A stretch of DNA of 64,000 bases from contig JAHLWS010000078.1 of assembly GCA_019057795.1 (NCBI GenBank), positions 64,001-128,000 of the forward strand, in the 5' to 3' direction. A model generated the notes under the pieces. It was not told the origin of the DNA and made no database searches. It saw nothing but the letters and a program-made list of their open reading frames with translations. The stretch is from Promethearchaeota archaeon. Lineage in GTDB: Archaea; Asgardarchaeota; Lokiarchaeia; Sigyniarchaeales; SOKP01. The first letter of the stretch is position 1; each line of letters starts with the position of its first letter. Below are positions 41,354-50,559 of this stretch, in pieces. Position numbers and translations under genes: made by a program.

Positions 41354-42406
41354 TTATTTATTTTTTTTAAAAAAGTCGATCATTTTTTCTATTTTACTTT
41401 TGGTAGAAAAATGAAATAAATTTTTTTGTAAAAAGTCTGGGTTAAATATTTCCTTTAATTTATTGGAAAGATCTTCCTTTAGAATAACTCTTTCTTTAAA
41501 ATTATAATGATCTAAATCAATTGTAATTGGTTTGTTCACAATTATTAAATAATATATTTTTCTGTTTGATTTAGGAAAGAATGAACTAAACTTTTTAATT
41601 ACTGATCTAGTAATATTTACTTTGTAAAGAGATTCTTTTTCAAGTTTAGTTAATTCCTCAATCAATACGATATTATTTGAGTTAATATCATAAATGATCA
41701 TCTCTGGATGAGCCATATTATTAAATTCAGAATATTTAGGATTATGTAATAGTAGTTCAATTGGAATTGTTTCAAAACCTAATAAGAAAAAGATTTTTGA
41801 TAACATTTTCGTTTTAATATCATCATTTAAACCCGTCCAATCACTATCAAGAAAGTTTCGAATATTAGTAATTTCTCCTTGATTTAGTAAAGAAAGGCGA
41901 TTTAAACTTTTATTTAAGATAACTTGATTCTGCAGATTTTTAAGTCTATTCAAAATAGTTGATTCAATTACTCCTTTAACAAATTCTTTAACATTTATTT
42001 TCAAAAAATCTATTGGGAGCATAATAATTTCTTCGGGATATACTCTTTCCACTATTGGTTGTTTGATAGTGTAATCATAGTCAACAGGTTCCCATAAGCT
42101 ATTCTCCCATTCTTCGTGATTTTCGTGTCCAATAAAAAGAGCCTCTTCTGTTGGTACTCCAGAAGTAGTTTTGTAATCAAGAGTATATTCTTTCTCAAAT
42201 CTATCTCTAAAACTTGTTTTATAGACTCGTAATTCAAATTCTTTTAAAACTTTATCATATTCAACCTTCCAAAGACTCAATGAGACATAAGGAACTTTAT
42301 CTGAGAAAGTATGAAAAAATTCAGCATACTGCGAATGTTCATTCTTAATTTGTCGTCTGAATTCTTCGACCATATTAAAAACCCATTCTTCCTGTTCCTT
42401 TTCCAT
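41354..42406 (-). CDS. Hypothetical protein, possible degenerate nuclease C-terminus
   Basis: 350-aa ORF; HPEMIIYD...IVLIEE. Confidence 0.6.
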   Translation of the reverse strand: MEKEQEEWVFNMVEEFRRQIKNEHSQYAEFFHTFSDKVPYVSLSLWKVEYDKVLKEFELRVYKTSFRDRFEKEYTLDYKTTSGVPTEEALFIGHENHEEWENSLWEPVDYDYTIKQPIVERVYPEEIIMLPIDFLKINVKEFVKGVIESTILNRLKNLQNQVILNKSLNRLSLLNQGEITNIRNFLDSDWTGLNDDIKTKMLSKIFFLLGFETIPIELLLHNPKYSEFNNMAHPEMIIYDINSNNIVLIEELTKLEKESLYKVNITRSVIKKFSSFFPKSNRKIYYLIIVNKPITIDLDHYNFKERVILKEDLSNKLKEIFNPDFLQKNLFHFSTKSKIEKMIDFFKKNK

Positions 42407-42676
42407 TTCAATCTCCTAAATCGATACAATTTAATTTTTTTACTTGTCTTTTAATAGATTTAAAATAATTAAGAATAAATATTTTTACAAAGAAGTAGTG
42501 TTTGTTTCACTTTTCTCAATAATAATTTCAAGATGAAATTTTAGTTACGGCTAATAACTATATGAAGAGACTATTTAAGTAACTAAAAAAAAAGGTTTTT
42601 TTTATTTAAATACCCACGAAATTATTTAGGATTATAATAGTAGATTCAAAATTGTTAAATAAAGGAAGTAATTGTT

Positions 42677-42877
42677 TTGAAAATTAAAGGAGAAGAAACC
42701 TTTTTTGGAGATACCATCGATACACCAGAAGAATTTGTCGAAGACCTCTGCGAGAGAGTCAATACCGTCTATAACACAGCAATGGACGAGGACGATAAAA
42801 TGAATCAGCTCGCGTTTATCACCACTTTTCTAATCGCTTTCAAAGGAAGGCTTAATCGAGTCTGCGAAAATATATAG
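42677..42877 (+). CDS. Repeat family B copy 3
   Basis: Paralogue of 6015 and 12239. Confidence 0.8.
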   Translation: MKIKGEETFFGDTIDTPEEFVEDLCERVNTVYNTAMDEDDKMNQLAFITTFLIAFKGRLNRVCENI

Positions 42878-42997
42878 AAATTACTGCAATTCATGATCGA
42901 AAACTAAAAAGATTTTTATGAGATTCCATACTTTTATTTTTATCTTAATTAGGATTAAAGTTCATTTTTAATTCCAAGTTAAGAGTATCAATCAACA

Positions 42998-43162
42998 GCC
43001 AAGGTGGCGTAGCCCGGTGAGGTCGTTAGAGTCTTCCAACCTCGGGTAAGAACGCACTAGATCTATCGGAATGCCCGATACAAGTGAAACTGAAGATCTA
43101 GGTATCAGGGGTTCAAAATGTGTCTTGCGATCCGCAACAATATGAAATTCCCCTTCTTGGCA
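42998..43162 (+). tRNA. trnF: tRNA-Phe(GAA) with three BHB introns (43019-43048, 43061-43088, 43118-43148)
   Basis: Spliced form GCCAAGG TG GCGT AGCCCGGTAGA ACGC A CTAGA CTGAAGA TCTAG GTATC AGGGG TTCAAAT CCCCT TCTTGGC A; each intron has a 4-bp helix and two 3-nt bulges. Confidence 0.93.
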
Positions 43163-43339
43163 TTTTAGATTTCACTTGAATTTCTTTTTTAAATCTTTAA
43201 TTACATTTTTAGCTTCTTCATTTAAAAATTCTCTTTATGCTTTTTTTAATCCTGTCCAATTGTCGCTATAGGTCAAAGCAACTTCTAGTTCATTGAAAAT
43301 CGATTCATTACTTACATCGCATTTCAGAATTGTCTTTTT

Positions 43340-44710
43340 TTATGAATAGTAATGAGGATCCAGCTCTCGAACTCGATTTATTTTACCTCTTAATTCATGT
43401 GACTTGAAATTTAAAAAAGTTTGATATAATTCTAAAGAGCTTGGACCTCTATTATTTTCATCATAAAATGTATCAATATAGTCATAGACAATATGGTGCT
43501 TCTCTTCTCCTCTACCATAGAGGCCATTTCCTTTTAAATATTTATTAATAGTAGGCTTTAAATCTGGTTGAGAAATCAGAAAATCTCTTAAATTAACGCT
43601 TAAAACACCTTGGTATTCTATATTACTTTTAGGATGTAACTTCTTAAACTGATTAACATATTTCGTAAAAACTGAATTCATTGGTAAAACTTCTCTGACT
43701 TCCTTGTTTCCTCTTAAAACATCAAGGATTTGGGTATTTTCTAATATTTCTCTCTTCATAGGTGACATACTTTCAATTTCTTGGCTGAGTTTTTTATTTA
43801 ACTCTTCCTGCTTTTTCATATTTTTAAATTTTTTTACAATATCATCAAGCTTGCCGAATTCATAATCTTCTGCCCATAAAGTACCATGGTGCATCTGTCT
43901 CATATCTTTACGTCTATCTAGCTTCAATTTAGCGTCATTTTTTGTTAACAAATTAATAGGGACAATATAGCTCTTAAGATTGTCCTGATTAACAGAAGCA
44001 ATAAAATCAACTTTACCTTTATACGATTCCCTAAAACGATTTCGGTTGATATTAAGTTTTCGTTGAGCTGTATCAAATCTGATATAAGTACTATCTTTTT
44101 CCTTAAATGTCCTAGCAGTTTTCACTTCTATTGCATAAAACTCACTTTTTTTTTTAACTATTAAATCAAAAGACGGTCTTCCTACAATCGGGTGAAGCAC
44201 ATTATATCCATGTTTTATAAATTCAGCGGCTATTCTCAATTCTATTGCGTCACCTCGATCAAGAGATGTTATTTCTTTCAAGAGGTTATCTTTACGTCTA
44301 ATCTCATAAAGCTTGTAATTACTTATATCTTTATTAATAATTTGAATTGGTATTAAGTAAGATTTATCACTTTTGTTATTATATATACCAATATAATCAA
44401 AATCTTCATTCTTCTTATCGAGTTTATTAGATTCTAAATTATTCTCAAAAACTTTAACTCTAGAAAACTTATCTGCACTTAAAAATGGTTTTTTACCATA
44501 TTTTTGCTGAATAATAAAATCATAATTAGGATTATTACTAATAGGTGTGGATATTATGTAGCCATTACTCACTAAATCCGCAGCAATGTTGACTCGAGCA
44601 ATTTCAATTTTATTTGGTGCTTCGACATTATCTTCTTTAATTTTTCCCCTATTTATCATCTCTATTTCATTAATATTATGAGATAAATCTTCGCTATTCT
44701 TCTTCTTCAC
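43340..44710 (-). CDS. Tandem PD-(D/E)XK endonuclease (group I intron-associated type) domains; in-frame continuation of 44777..45643
   Basis: GDAIELRIAAEF...PSFDLIV...IEVKT...YKGKVDF. Confidence 0.75.
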   Translation of the reverse strand: MKKKNSEDLSHNINEIEMINRGKIKEDNVEAPNKIEIARVNIAADLVSNGYIISTPISNNPNYDFIIQQKYGKKPFLSADKFSRVKVFENNLESNKLDKKNEDFDYIGIYNNKSDKSYLIPIQIINKDISNYKLYEIRRKDNLLKEITSLDRGDAIELRIAAEFIKHGYNVLHPIVGRPSFDLIVKKKSEFYAIEVKTARTFKEKDSTYIRFDTAQRKLNINRNRFRESYKGKVDFIASVNQDNLKSYIVPINLLTKNDAKLKLDRRKDMRQMHHGTLWAEDYEFGKLDDIVKKFKNMKKQEELNKKLSQEIESMSPMKREILENTQILDVLRGNKEVREVLPMNSVFTKYVNQFKKLHPKSNIEYQGVLSVNLRDFLISQPDLKPTINKYLKGNGLYGRGEEKHHIVYDYIDTFYDENNRGPSSLELYQTFLNFKSHELRGKINRVRELDPHYYS

Positions 44711-44776
44711 AATAGAATCGTAAATAACGATATCTTCATCTATTCTCCCTAATTGAGCTAAAACGATTTTATTTTC

Positions 44777-45643
44777 TTATGTTAAGCGAATCATCTCATC
44801 GATAATTGAATCAGATAATTTTTCTCTATTATTTCCATCTAAATTCTTGTTTTTTACCTCAAATCTTTCTTTTATAGAATCATCAATTTTAACTGAATAA
44901 ATGTTGTTTTTTCCTTCAATTTCACTCATTGGAATGAGATATGATTTAATCTCATTCCTATTATAGACCCCAAAATATTCTATTTCCCCTTTATAGCTTT
45001 TTATTCCTCCTTTAGATGAGCTGGATTGAATTGGAAATCTTTCATCCTTTGTCATAGTTTTTACTTGAACTCTATCTATTTTACCTTTCTCTTCAATTAG
45101 TATATCATATCGTTGAAAATCTCCATATGGGATCGAAACATTTTTACCATTTCTTTCTAAATCTCTTATTAAACTCAACTCAGAGATACTTCCAATTTTT
45201 TGCCTTTGACTAAGCTTAAATTTTTTAGTCGGGTGCTTTTTGTCTTTAAAATTTGTATCCGAACTTTCATTTTTTTTTTCGAGGTTTGTTTTTTCTTTTG
45301 ATGTAAATTTTATAATTTCAATAGGTTTTCCTTTATCGCCATATTTTTCTTTGATGTATTTTTTGTCTCTTTCTTCAGTCTGCTTCTCGTCTCTAATTCT
45401 TCTGTATTCATCAGGATGACTATTGAAACTAAATTTTGGATTTAATTCTGCATCGTCTATCGGTTCAAATGAATTATCCATTAAATCAGTGCTGTTCGGA
45501 TTTTCATCAGATGGGACGAAATCGTTTCCTAAATCATCTTTTTCCTCAAATCTGGATTCAGGTTGAAACTCATTTTCAAGTCTTTCACTGATTTTTTCAC
45601 TTTTTATCTTTTTTTCCTTCTCTTGTTCAGTATATTCTCGCAT
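44777..45643 (-). CDS. Conserved MREY/FEP N-terminal region plus PD-(D/E)XK endonuclease
   Basis: GSISEL...VSIPYGDFQRYDILIE...RVQVKT. Confidence 0.8.
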   Translation of the reverse strand: MREYTEQEKEKKIKSEKISERLENEFQPESRFEEKDDLGNDFVPSDENPNSTDLMDNSFEPIDDAELNPKFSFNSHPDEYRRIRDEKQTEERDKKYIKEKYGDKGKPIEIIKFTSKEKTNLEKKNESSDTNFKDKKHPTKKFKLSQRQKIGSISELSLIRDLERNGKNVSIPYGDFQRYDILIEEKGKIDRVQVKTMTKDERFPIQSSSSKGGIKSYKGEIEYFGVYNRNEIKSYLIPMSEIEGKNNIYSVKIDDSIKERFEVKNKNLDGNNREKLSDSIIDEMIRLT

Positions 45644-45699
45644 GGAGCCACCTTTTTTCTTTTAACTATATTTCTTTTGCCAGGATAAAACAAAATCAA

Positions 45700-46938
45700 T
45701 CAATTTAATTTCTTTTCTAGTTCCTTGATCACTTCTTTTCCGTAATTATTTAACTGATCCAATTTCCTCCTTTTATCTCTTAAGGCTTTTTCAATCGCAT
45801 TTATGATGTTCTTCTTATCTACTTTGTATCCATGCTTTTCACATAAATTTCTTAAGAAATTTTCATATTCGATTGAGTAGTGAATTTTTTTATCCGGATA
45901 TTTCTTATCAAGTTCTTTTTTAATTTTAGCTCTCTTAAGTGGATCCTCAAATGTTAATAAACTCATTCCAATTGTTTTTGCATGGAAGTCCCATTTTTTA
46001 GGTTTAACATTGTATAGAAATTTGGAAATCTCAAATTTATTTTCAATAGTAGTTTGATATGTTTTGAATTCCTCCTTTGTATCAGGATTTTGATAAATTT
46101 TAGGTTTAGGTATTTTTTGAGTCTCTATTCCCACAGACTCACAAATTTCCTTAAAATCTTTAACTAAAGGGAATGAGCCATTTTTAAAATTTAATCCAAA
46201 TGATTTCTGAGTATTTCTAAGATAGACTGAGCCATCAGTATCAAAAAGGCCTCGTAAACATCCAATTTTATTTCTCTCCGTTTTTTTAACCCAATTAGGA
46301 ACTTTAACTTGGTTTTTAACTTTATCTCCAGGAATTATACCTTTTTCTATCAATCCTTCTACTACTGATTTATTATATATTGTAAGGTCAGTCCCCTTTC
46401 TATCACTTTTATCATAAGATTTCGGTGAAATATTGAAGAGTTCTTCCATCAACTCTTTGGTATAATTTCGATACTTCTTTTCTTCTACTCGATTTGAAGA
46501 TATTCTTAATCGATACTTTTTACCTTTTTCGTAGTGAGTATTACCATCTCCAAGTATGATCCCAATCATTTCTGCGAGTTTTGGGTTTTCTTCTGATGTA
46601 AATTTTATAGTTTCAATAGGTTTTCCTTTATTACCATATTTTTCTTTGAGGTAATTTTTGTCTCTCTCTTTAATATGCTTCTCGTCTTTAATTCTTCGAT
46701 ATTTATCTTTATGGCTACTAAAACCAGATTTTGGATATAATTCTGCATCGTCAAATGGCTCAAACTCGTTATCAAATTTATCAGTGTTGTTAGGATTTTC
46801 ATCAATGGGAACGAAATCATTTCCTAATTCATCGTTTTTCCTGAGTTTGGTCTTGGGTTGAAACTCCTTTTCAAATTTTTCACTCTTTTTATCGCTTTTC
46901 TTCTCTTTTTCCTTCCCTTGTTCAATATATTCTCGCAT
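45700..46938 (-). CDS. Conserved MREY/FEP N-terminal region plus LAGLIDADG endonuclease
   Basis: LAEMIGIILGDG and CLRGLFDTDG motifs. Confidence 0.85.
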   Translation of the reverse strand: MREYIEQGKEKEKKSDKKSEKFEKEFQPKTKLRKNDELGNDFVPIDENPNNTDKFDNEFEPFDDAELYPKSGFSSHKDKYRRIKDEKHIKERDKNYLKEKYGNKGKPIETIKFTSEENPKLAEMIGIILGDGNTHYEKGKKYRLRISSNRVEEKKYRNYTKELMEELFNISPKSYDKSDRKGTDLTIYNKSVVEGLIEKGIIPGDKVKNQVKVPNWVKKTERNKIGCLRGLFDTDGSVYLRNTQKSFGLNFKNGSFPLVKDFKEICESVGIETQKIPKPKIYQNPDTKEEFKTYQTTIENKFEISKFLYNVKPKKWDFHAKTIGMSLLTFEDPLKRAKIKKELDKKYPDKKIHYSIEYENFLRNLCEKHGYKVDKKNIINAIEKALRDKRRKLDQLNNYGKEVIKELEKKLN

Positions 46939-46956
46939 GAAGCCCCCTTTTTGATT

Positions 46957-47508
46957 TTATTTCTCGTAAATTGATTTTTTATATTGTTCCTTCTTGAGTT
47001 CTCTGTTAATTTCTTCATCTGATTTTACAAAAAAATTCTTGACTTCTTTTATAAAATCTTTAATTCCTTGCTCTAAGTTTTTCCAAAAATCTCCTTTTGG
47101 TTTGGAAGGCTTAGGTTGTTTTTCGGGGGTACTTTTCTTTTCTGGTTGCTGAGATACATTAATAATTGTATTACCTTTATCTTTAGGGGGGTTATCAGGC
47201 GGTTCTTTATCTGGGGGGCTAATTTTATAATCAGGCGTTTCATTCACTTGAGTATTTGGTTTATCATTTTCAATATTTTGTTCTTCACCCAAACTGTCTT
47301 TATCGCCAGGATCGAATGGTTCAAAATCGTTTTGGTCGAGATTGTCATCCATTTCTCTTTCATCTTGGGGTTCGAACTCATTGTCCATTTCTTCATTGGT
47401 TTCATCATCTATATCGGTTGGTTCGAATTCGTCTTCAATATCAGATATTTCGTCTTCAATTTCGTCATCAACATCTGAATCATCTAAATCTTCATACTCT
47501 TCACTTAT
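46957..47508 (-). CDS. Acidic low-complexity protein with (D/N)(D/E)FEP repeats
   Basis: Frame is open upstream of ATG 47388 to ATA 47508, preceded by GGTGA RBS; EDEFEP, DNEFEP, QNDFEP. Confidence 0.7.
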   Translation of the reverse strand: MSEEYEDLDDSDVDDEIEDEISDIEDEFEPTDIDDETNEEMDNEFEPQDEREMDDNLDQNDFEPFDPGDKDSLGEEQNIENDKPNTQVNETPDYKISPPDKEPPDNPPKDKGNTIINVSQQPEKKSTPEKQPKPSKPKGDFWKNLEQGIKDFIKEVKNFFVKSDEEINRELKKEQYKKSIYEK

Positions 47509-50338
47509 TTTTGATCACCTTTTTTTTTTCTTTTAAAAAATCAAGATTAAATCTATTCTGAGAATCAAGTAAATCGGGAGATAATGGTTCTCCACAATAC
47601 GTGCACATAAAATCATTCTCATCAGGGGGATTACTACAGTATGGGCATATATTTTTGTCATGTGACATGTTAATTTGTTCTCTGAGCTCTTGTTTATTAA
47701 CTTTAATATCTAATGTTTCAATGATAAATTTTTCTCCATTAATTCCGTTTAAAATTAACGCTTGTCGGTTTTTTTGGCACATTAGGAATTCCTGCTCTAC
47801 GGGATTTCCGATCATAATAGTATTGCAAGGATACCCGACCCGAAAAATAATTTTCAAGCTGGGGAGTGTGGTAACGCAATCAAAAAGTCTTGAAGGGGTT
47901 TGGTCCGATAAGATAAAGGAGAGTCCTTTGGAGCGAAATTCTCTTAAAAGCTCGTTGAAAATTTTTTCTAATTGTTCTCGAGAAATAAAGTCATCATCGT
48001 CGTAATTGTTTGTGATTGATTTTTCTAAGATCTGGTGAGCCTCGTCAATTAAAATAATGTTTTTTAATTTACCAGCTTCTCTATCTGGAATTAAAACGCG
48101 GATTAATTGAAAAATCGCGCTTGTTAAGACTCTCTTTTCGTAAATCGTGCACATCGAGAAATCGAGAAAAATTTTCTTCCCTTTCTGCCAATCCATAAAC
48201 CAACCAGGAACCGCTTTATCAGGGTTTAAACGGAGGGTATTCGTTAAAATTTCGTTGGAAAAAAGTGAGAGCACTCGATTTTTTATAGCCCTTACTATGT
48301 TAGTTTGAAACTTTACATGGTATGGATATTGTTCAAAATACCTTAGGAGATTCTGAAATAGCATTTTTAACGAGCTAGGTAATTTTCCTTTCTTTGTTAG
48401 AAACGAGTTCATTACGTTGACCATATTCTTTTCGACGATATTTTTTAACCCAAGAGCAGCAATTAAGTAAGTAGCAGTTTCTTGTAAGCTTCTTTCAAGA
48501 TACTGTCCTTCATGAAAATAAGGCACTTTGAAATCAGAGGATCCAAATTTAATAACTTTATCAACTTTATAGAAAAGTTCCTGATTTCCTTTTCCAAGGT
48601 TTAATATTAGAATTCCGACATCAGGGTTTTTATTATAAAACTCGTTAACGATTTGAGCTAAAAGATAAGTTTTTCCCGTACCTTGTTGTCCTGCTATCAA
48701 AAGACTTTGAGCGAAGGAATTTTTATGCAATAATATTTTTCGCTTGGTGCTTCTCCCATTGTTGACATATTTCCCAATTAAAATATGATTTGGGTCACTA
48801 TCGCTAATAGGAATGTGTTTAATATTTTCATTTCTTAAAGTAAACGGTTTAGTTAACGGGATGTTCTCCGGAATGTTAAAATCAACGCAATTAGATGTAA
48901 TATAACCTCCAGATATGATGTTAACCCGTTTAATATTTCCATGGGTTCCTAAAGGTACTCTTTTAAGCTGTGCTGGATTTTTTTTATTGCGGCAGGACAA
49001 TGTAAGGCTCTTTAATTTACCCTCGAGGGTTTGAATTTCTTGTTTCATTAACACGGGATCAGTTTGGTTTATTTGATAATTGATATAAATCCGCACTCTG
49101 AAAATATCATCTTGCCACATTGATAATAACCGTTTTTTTTCATCTTCGTCTTTGAATTTTAAATTTCCAATTTTATCTCTAAATTTGCTAACCTTCTTAT
49201 CTTCAGTTCTTTTCCAGATGATGTAGAGTTTAACTTTTTTATCGCTCCGATGGAAAAGATTAATAAAATCGTTGATTAGTGTAAATTTCTCCATATAAGG
49301 TGGTTTAGGTAATTTGATTTCCCAAAACCGGTTATTCTTGTAAATTTTCTGTTTGGTAATGGGTTTTAATTCCAAAGTTCCATCTAAACCAGGATACATA
49401 CTCGTTATTCGGCTGAGAAGTGCTTCCCCCAATACTCTTGCTGTTTTCTCGTTTCGAGCTTTGAGAAAAAAAGTCCATCGAAAATCTTTATCTGATTTCA
49501 ATTCTAGGCCATATCTGTGTTTATCAGAGAAAAAATCTTTTAACCAAGCTATTTCATTTTCATTTTTCTCGCTTCCATATTCCATATTTTTACTAAGAAC
49601 TCCTTGGGAAATTTTAACTCTAGCTTGCCAAAAGAGAATCTTATTTTTTTTCTCTTTTTTAGGCTCTAATTGCTTTTTTTCTTCGTTTTCATAACTATTG
49701 ACGCGATGCCTTTTAGATACCTTTAATTTTAATACAATAGTTTGATAGAACGAGGTTATTCTGTTTCTAAAAGATTCGTTTGAAATAGCAATTGTAAGAG
49801 AAACTAAGCATAGCATAAGAGACGCTAAAACAAAAACATCTAGAATTATGGAACTATAAAAAAATAGAGATAGTCCAATAAAAAAGGCTATTAGTTTATA
49901 CTCTTCGTCAAATGGAATAACGATTATAGAAATAACTACGCCTATAATAGTAATGGTGAGCGTTCCAGTAATAAACATATCTGGAAGTCCGACAACGAAA
50001 ATATGAAATGCTAATAGAACCATTATCGAATGAAAGTATAATATTAGATTAGATCGAAAGTTCCTTTGAAATATGAATAAATTGACGCAAAGAACAATTA
50101 GGATTATAAAAAATTCCATTTCAATAAGAATGATGATACTTGGACTCAAAAATTTTAGAAGGAACATATCTTCATATATTATAAAAATAATAACCATTAG
50201 AATAAATGTTCCAAAATACTTCATTAAAGATTTAATCCGTTCTTTCTTATCGGTCAGCCAGTAATAAATAGAAATTAAACTAATAAGTGTAATCGCGATA
50301 ATAATGCCTAGCCAAAAGTTCTCAGAAAAGAAACTCAT
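47501..50338 (-). CDS. Membrane-anchored HerA/FtsK/VirB4-like ATPase with C-terminal zinc ribbon
   Basis: About 7 TM helices; Walker A GQQGTGKT, Walker B ILIDEAH, REFRSKG...SDQTPS; CPYC...CTYC. Confidence 0.85.
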   Translation of the reverse strand: MSFFSENFWLGIIIAITLISLISIYYWLTDKKERIKSLMKYFGTFILMVIIFIIYEDMFLLKFLSPSIIILIEMEFFIILIVLCVNLFIFQRNFRSNLILYFHSIMVLLAFHIFVVGLPDMFITGTLTITIIGVVISIIVIPFDEEYKLIAFFIGLSLFFYSSIILDVFVLASLMLCLVSLTIAISNESFRNRITSFYQTIVLKLKVSKRHRVNSYENEEKKQLEPKKEKKNKILFWQARVKISQGVLSKNMEYGSEKNENEIAWLKDFFSDKHRYGLELKSDKDFRWTFFLKARNEKTARVLGEALLSRITSMYPGLDGTLELKPITKQKIYKNNRFWEIKLPKPPYMEKFTLINDFINLFHRSDKKVKLYIIWKRTEDKKVSKFRDKIGNLKFKDEDEKKRLLSMWQDDIFRVRIYINYQINQTDPVLMKQEIQTLEGKLKSLTLSCRNKKNPAQLKRVPLGTHGNIKRVNIISGGYITSNCVDFNIPENIPLTKPFTLRNENIKHIPISDSDPNHILIGKYVNNGRSTKRKILLHKNSFAQSLLIAGQQGTGKTYLLAQIVNEFYNKNPDVGILILNLGKGNQELFYKVDKVIKFGSSDFKVPYFHEGQYLERSLQETATYLIAALGLKNIVEKNMVNVMNSFLTKKGKLPSSLKMLFQNLLRYFEQYPYHVKFQTNIVRAIKNRVLSLFSNEILTNTLRLNPDKAVPGWFMDWQKGKKIFLDFSMCTIYEKRVLTSAIFQLIRVLIPDREAGKLKNIILIDEAHQILEKSITNNYDDDDFISREQLEKIFNELLREFRSKGLSFILSDQTPSRLFDCVTTLPSLKIIFRVGYPCNTIMIGNPVEQEFLMCQKNRQALILNGINGEKFIIETLDIKVNKQELREQINMSHDKNICPYCSNPPDENDFMCTYCGEPLSPDLLDSQNRFNLDFLKEKKKVIKNK

Positions 50339-50559
50339 TTATTCAGTCTTTAGATTTTATAAATAAGTTCGAGAAGATTTATAAAAAGTAAGAGAATTTT
50401 ATATGTTTGAATAGTTATAATTATTCTAGATTGAAAAAAATCCTTATTCCGAGTAATATAATCTCAACATTTTCAATACTTAAAAAAAAAAATGATAAAT
50501 CTTTTAAAAATGATTAATAAAAATAATAATAATTAGATAAAAATTAAGAAATATGACTT

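Noticed and set aside
43101-43162. attL/attR duplication of the tRNA-Phe 3' end
   Set aside because: No second copy was seen in the window; one may lie beyond the left edge.
44760-44800. BHB intron around the TAA at 44777
   Set aside because: Only a CTTA/TAAG mini-hairpin, with no 4-bp helix and 3-nt bulges.
45700-46938. Intein or intron-encoded homing endonuclease
   Set aside because: No Hint splicing motifs and no interrupted host gene; the domain is fused to the shared leader.
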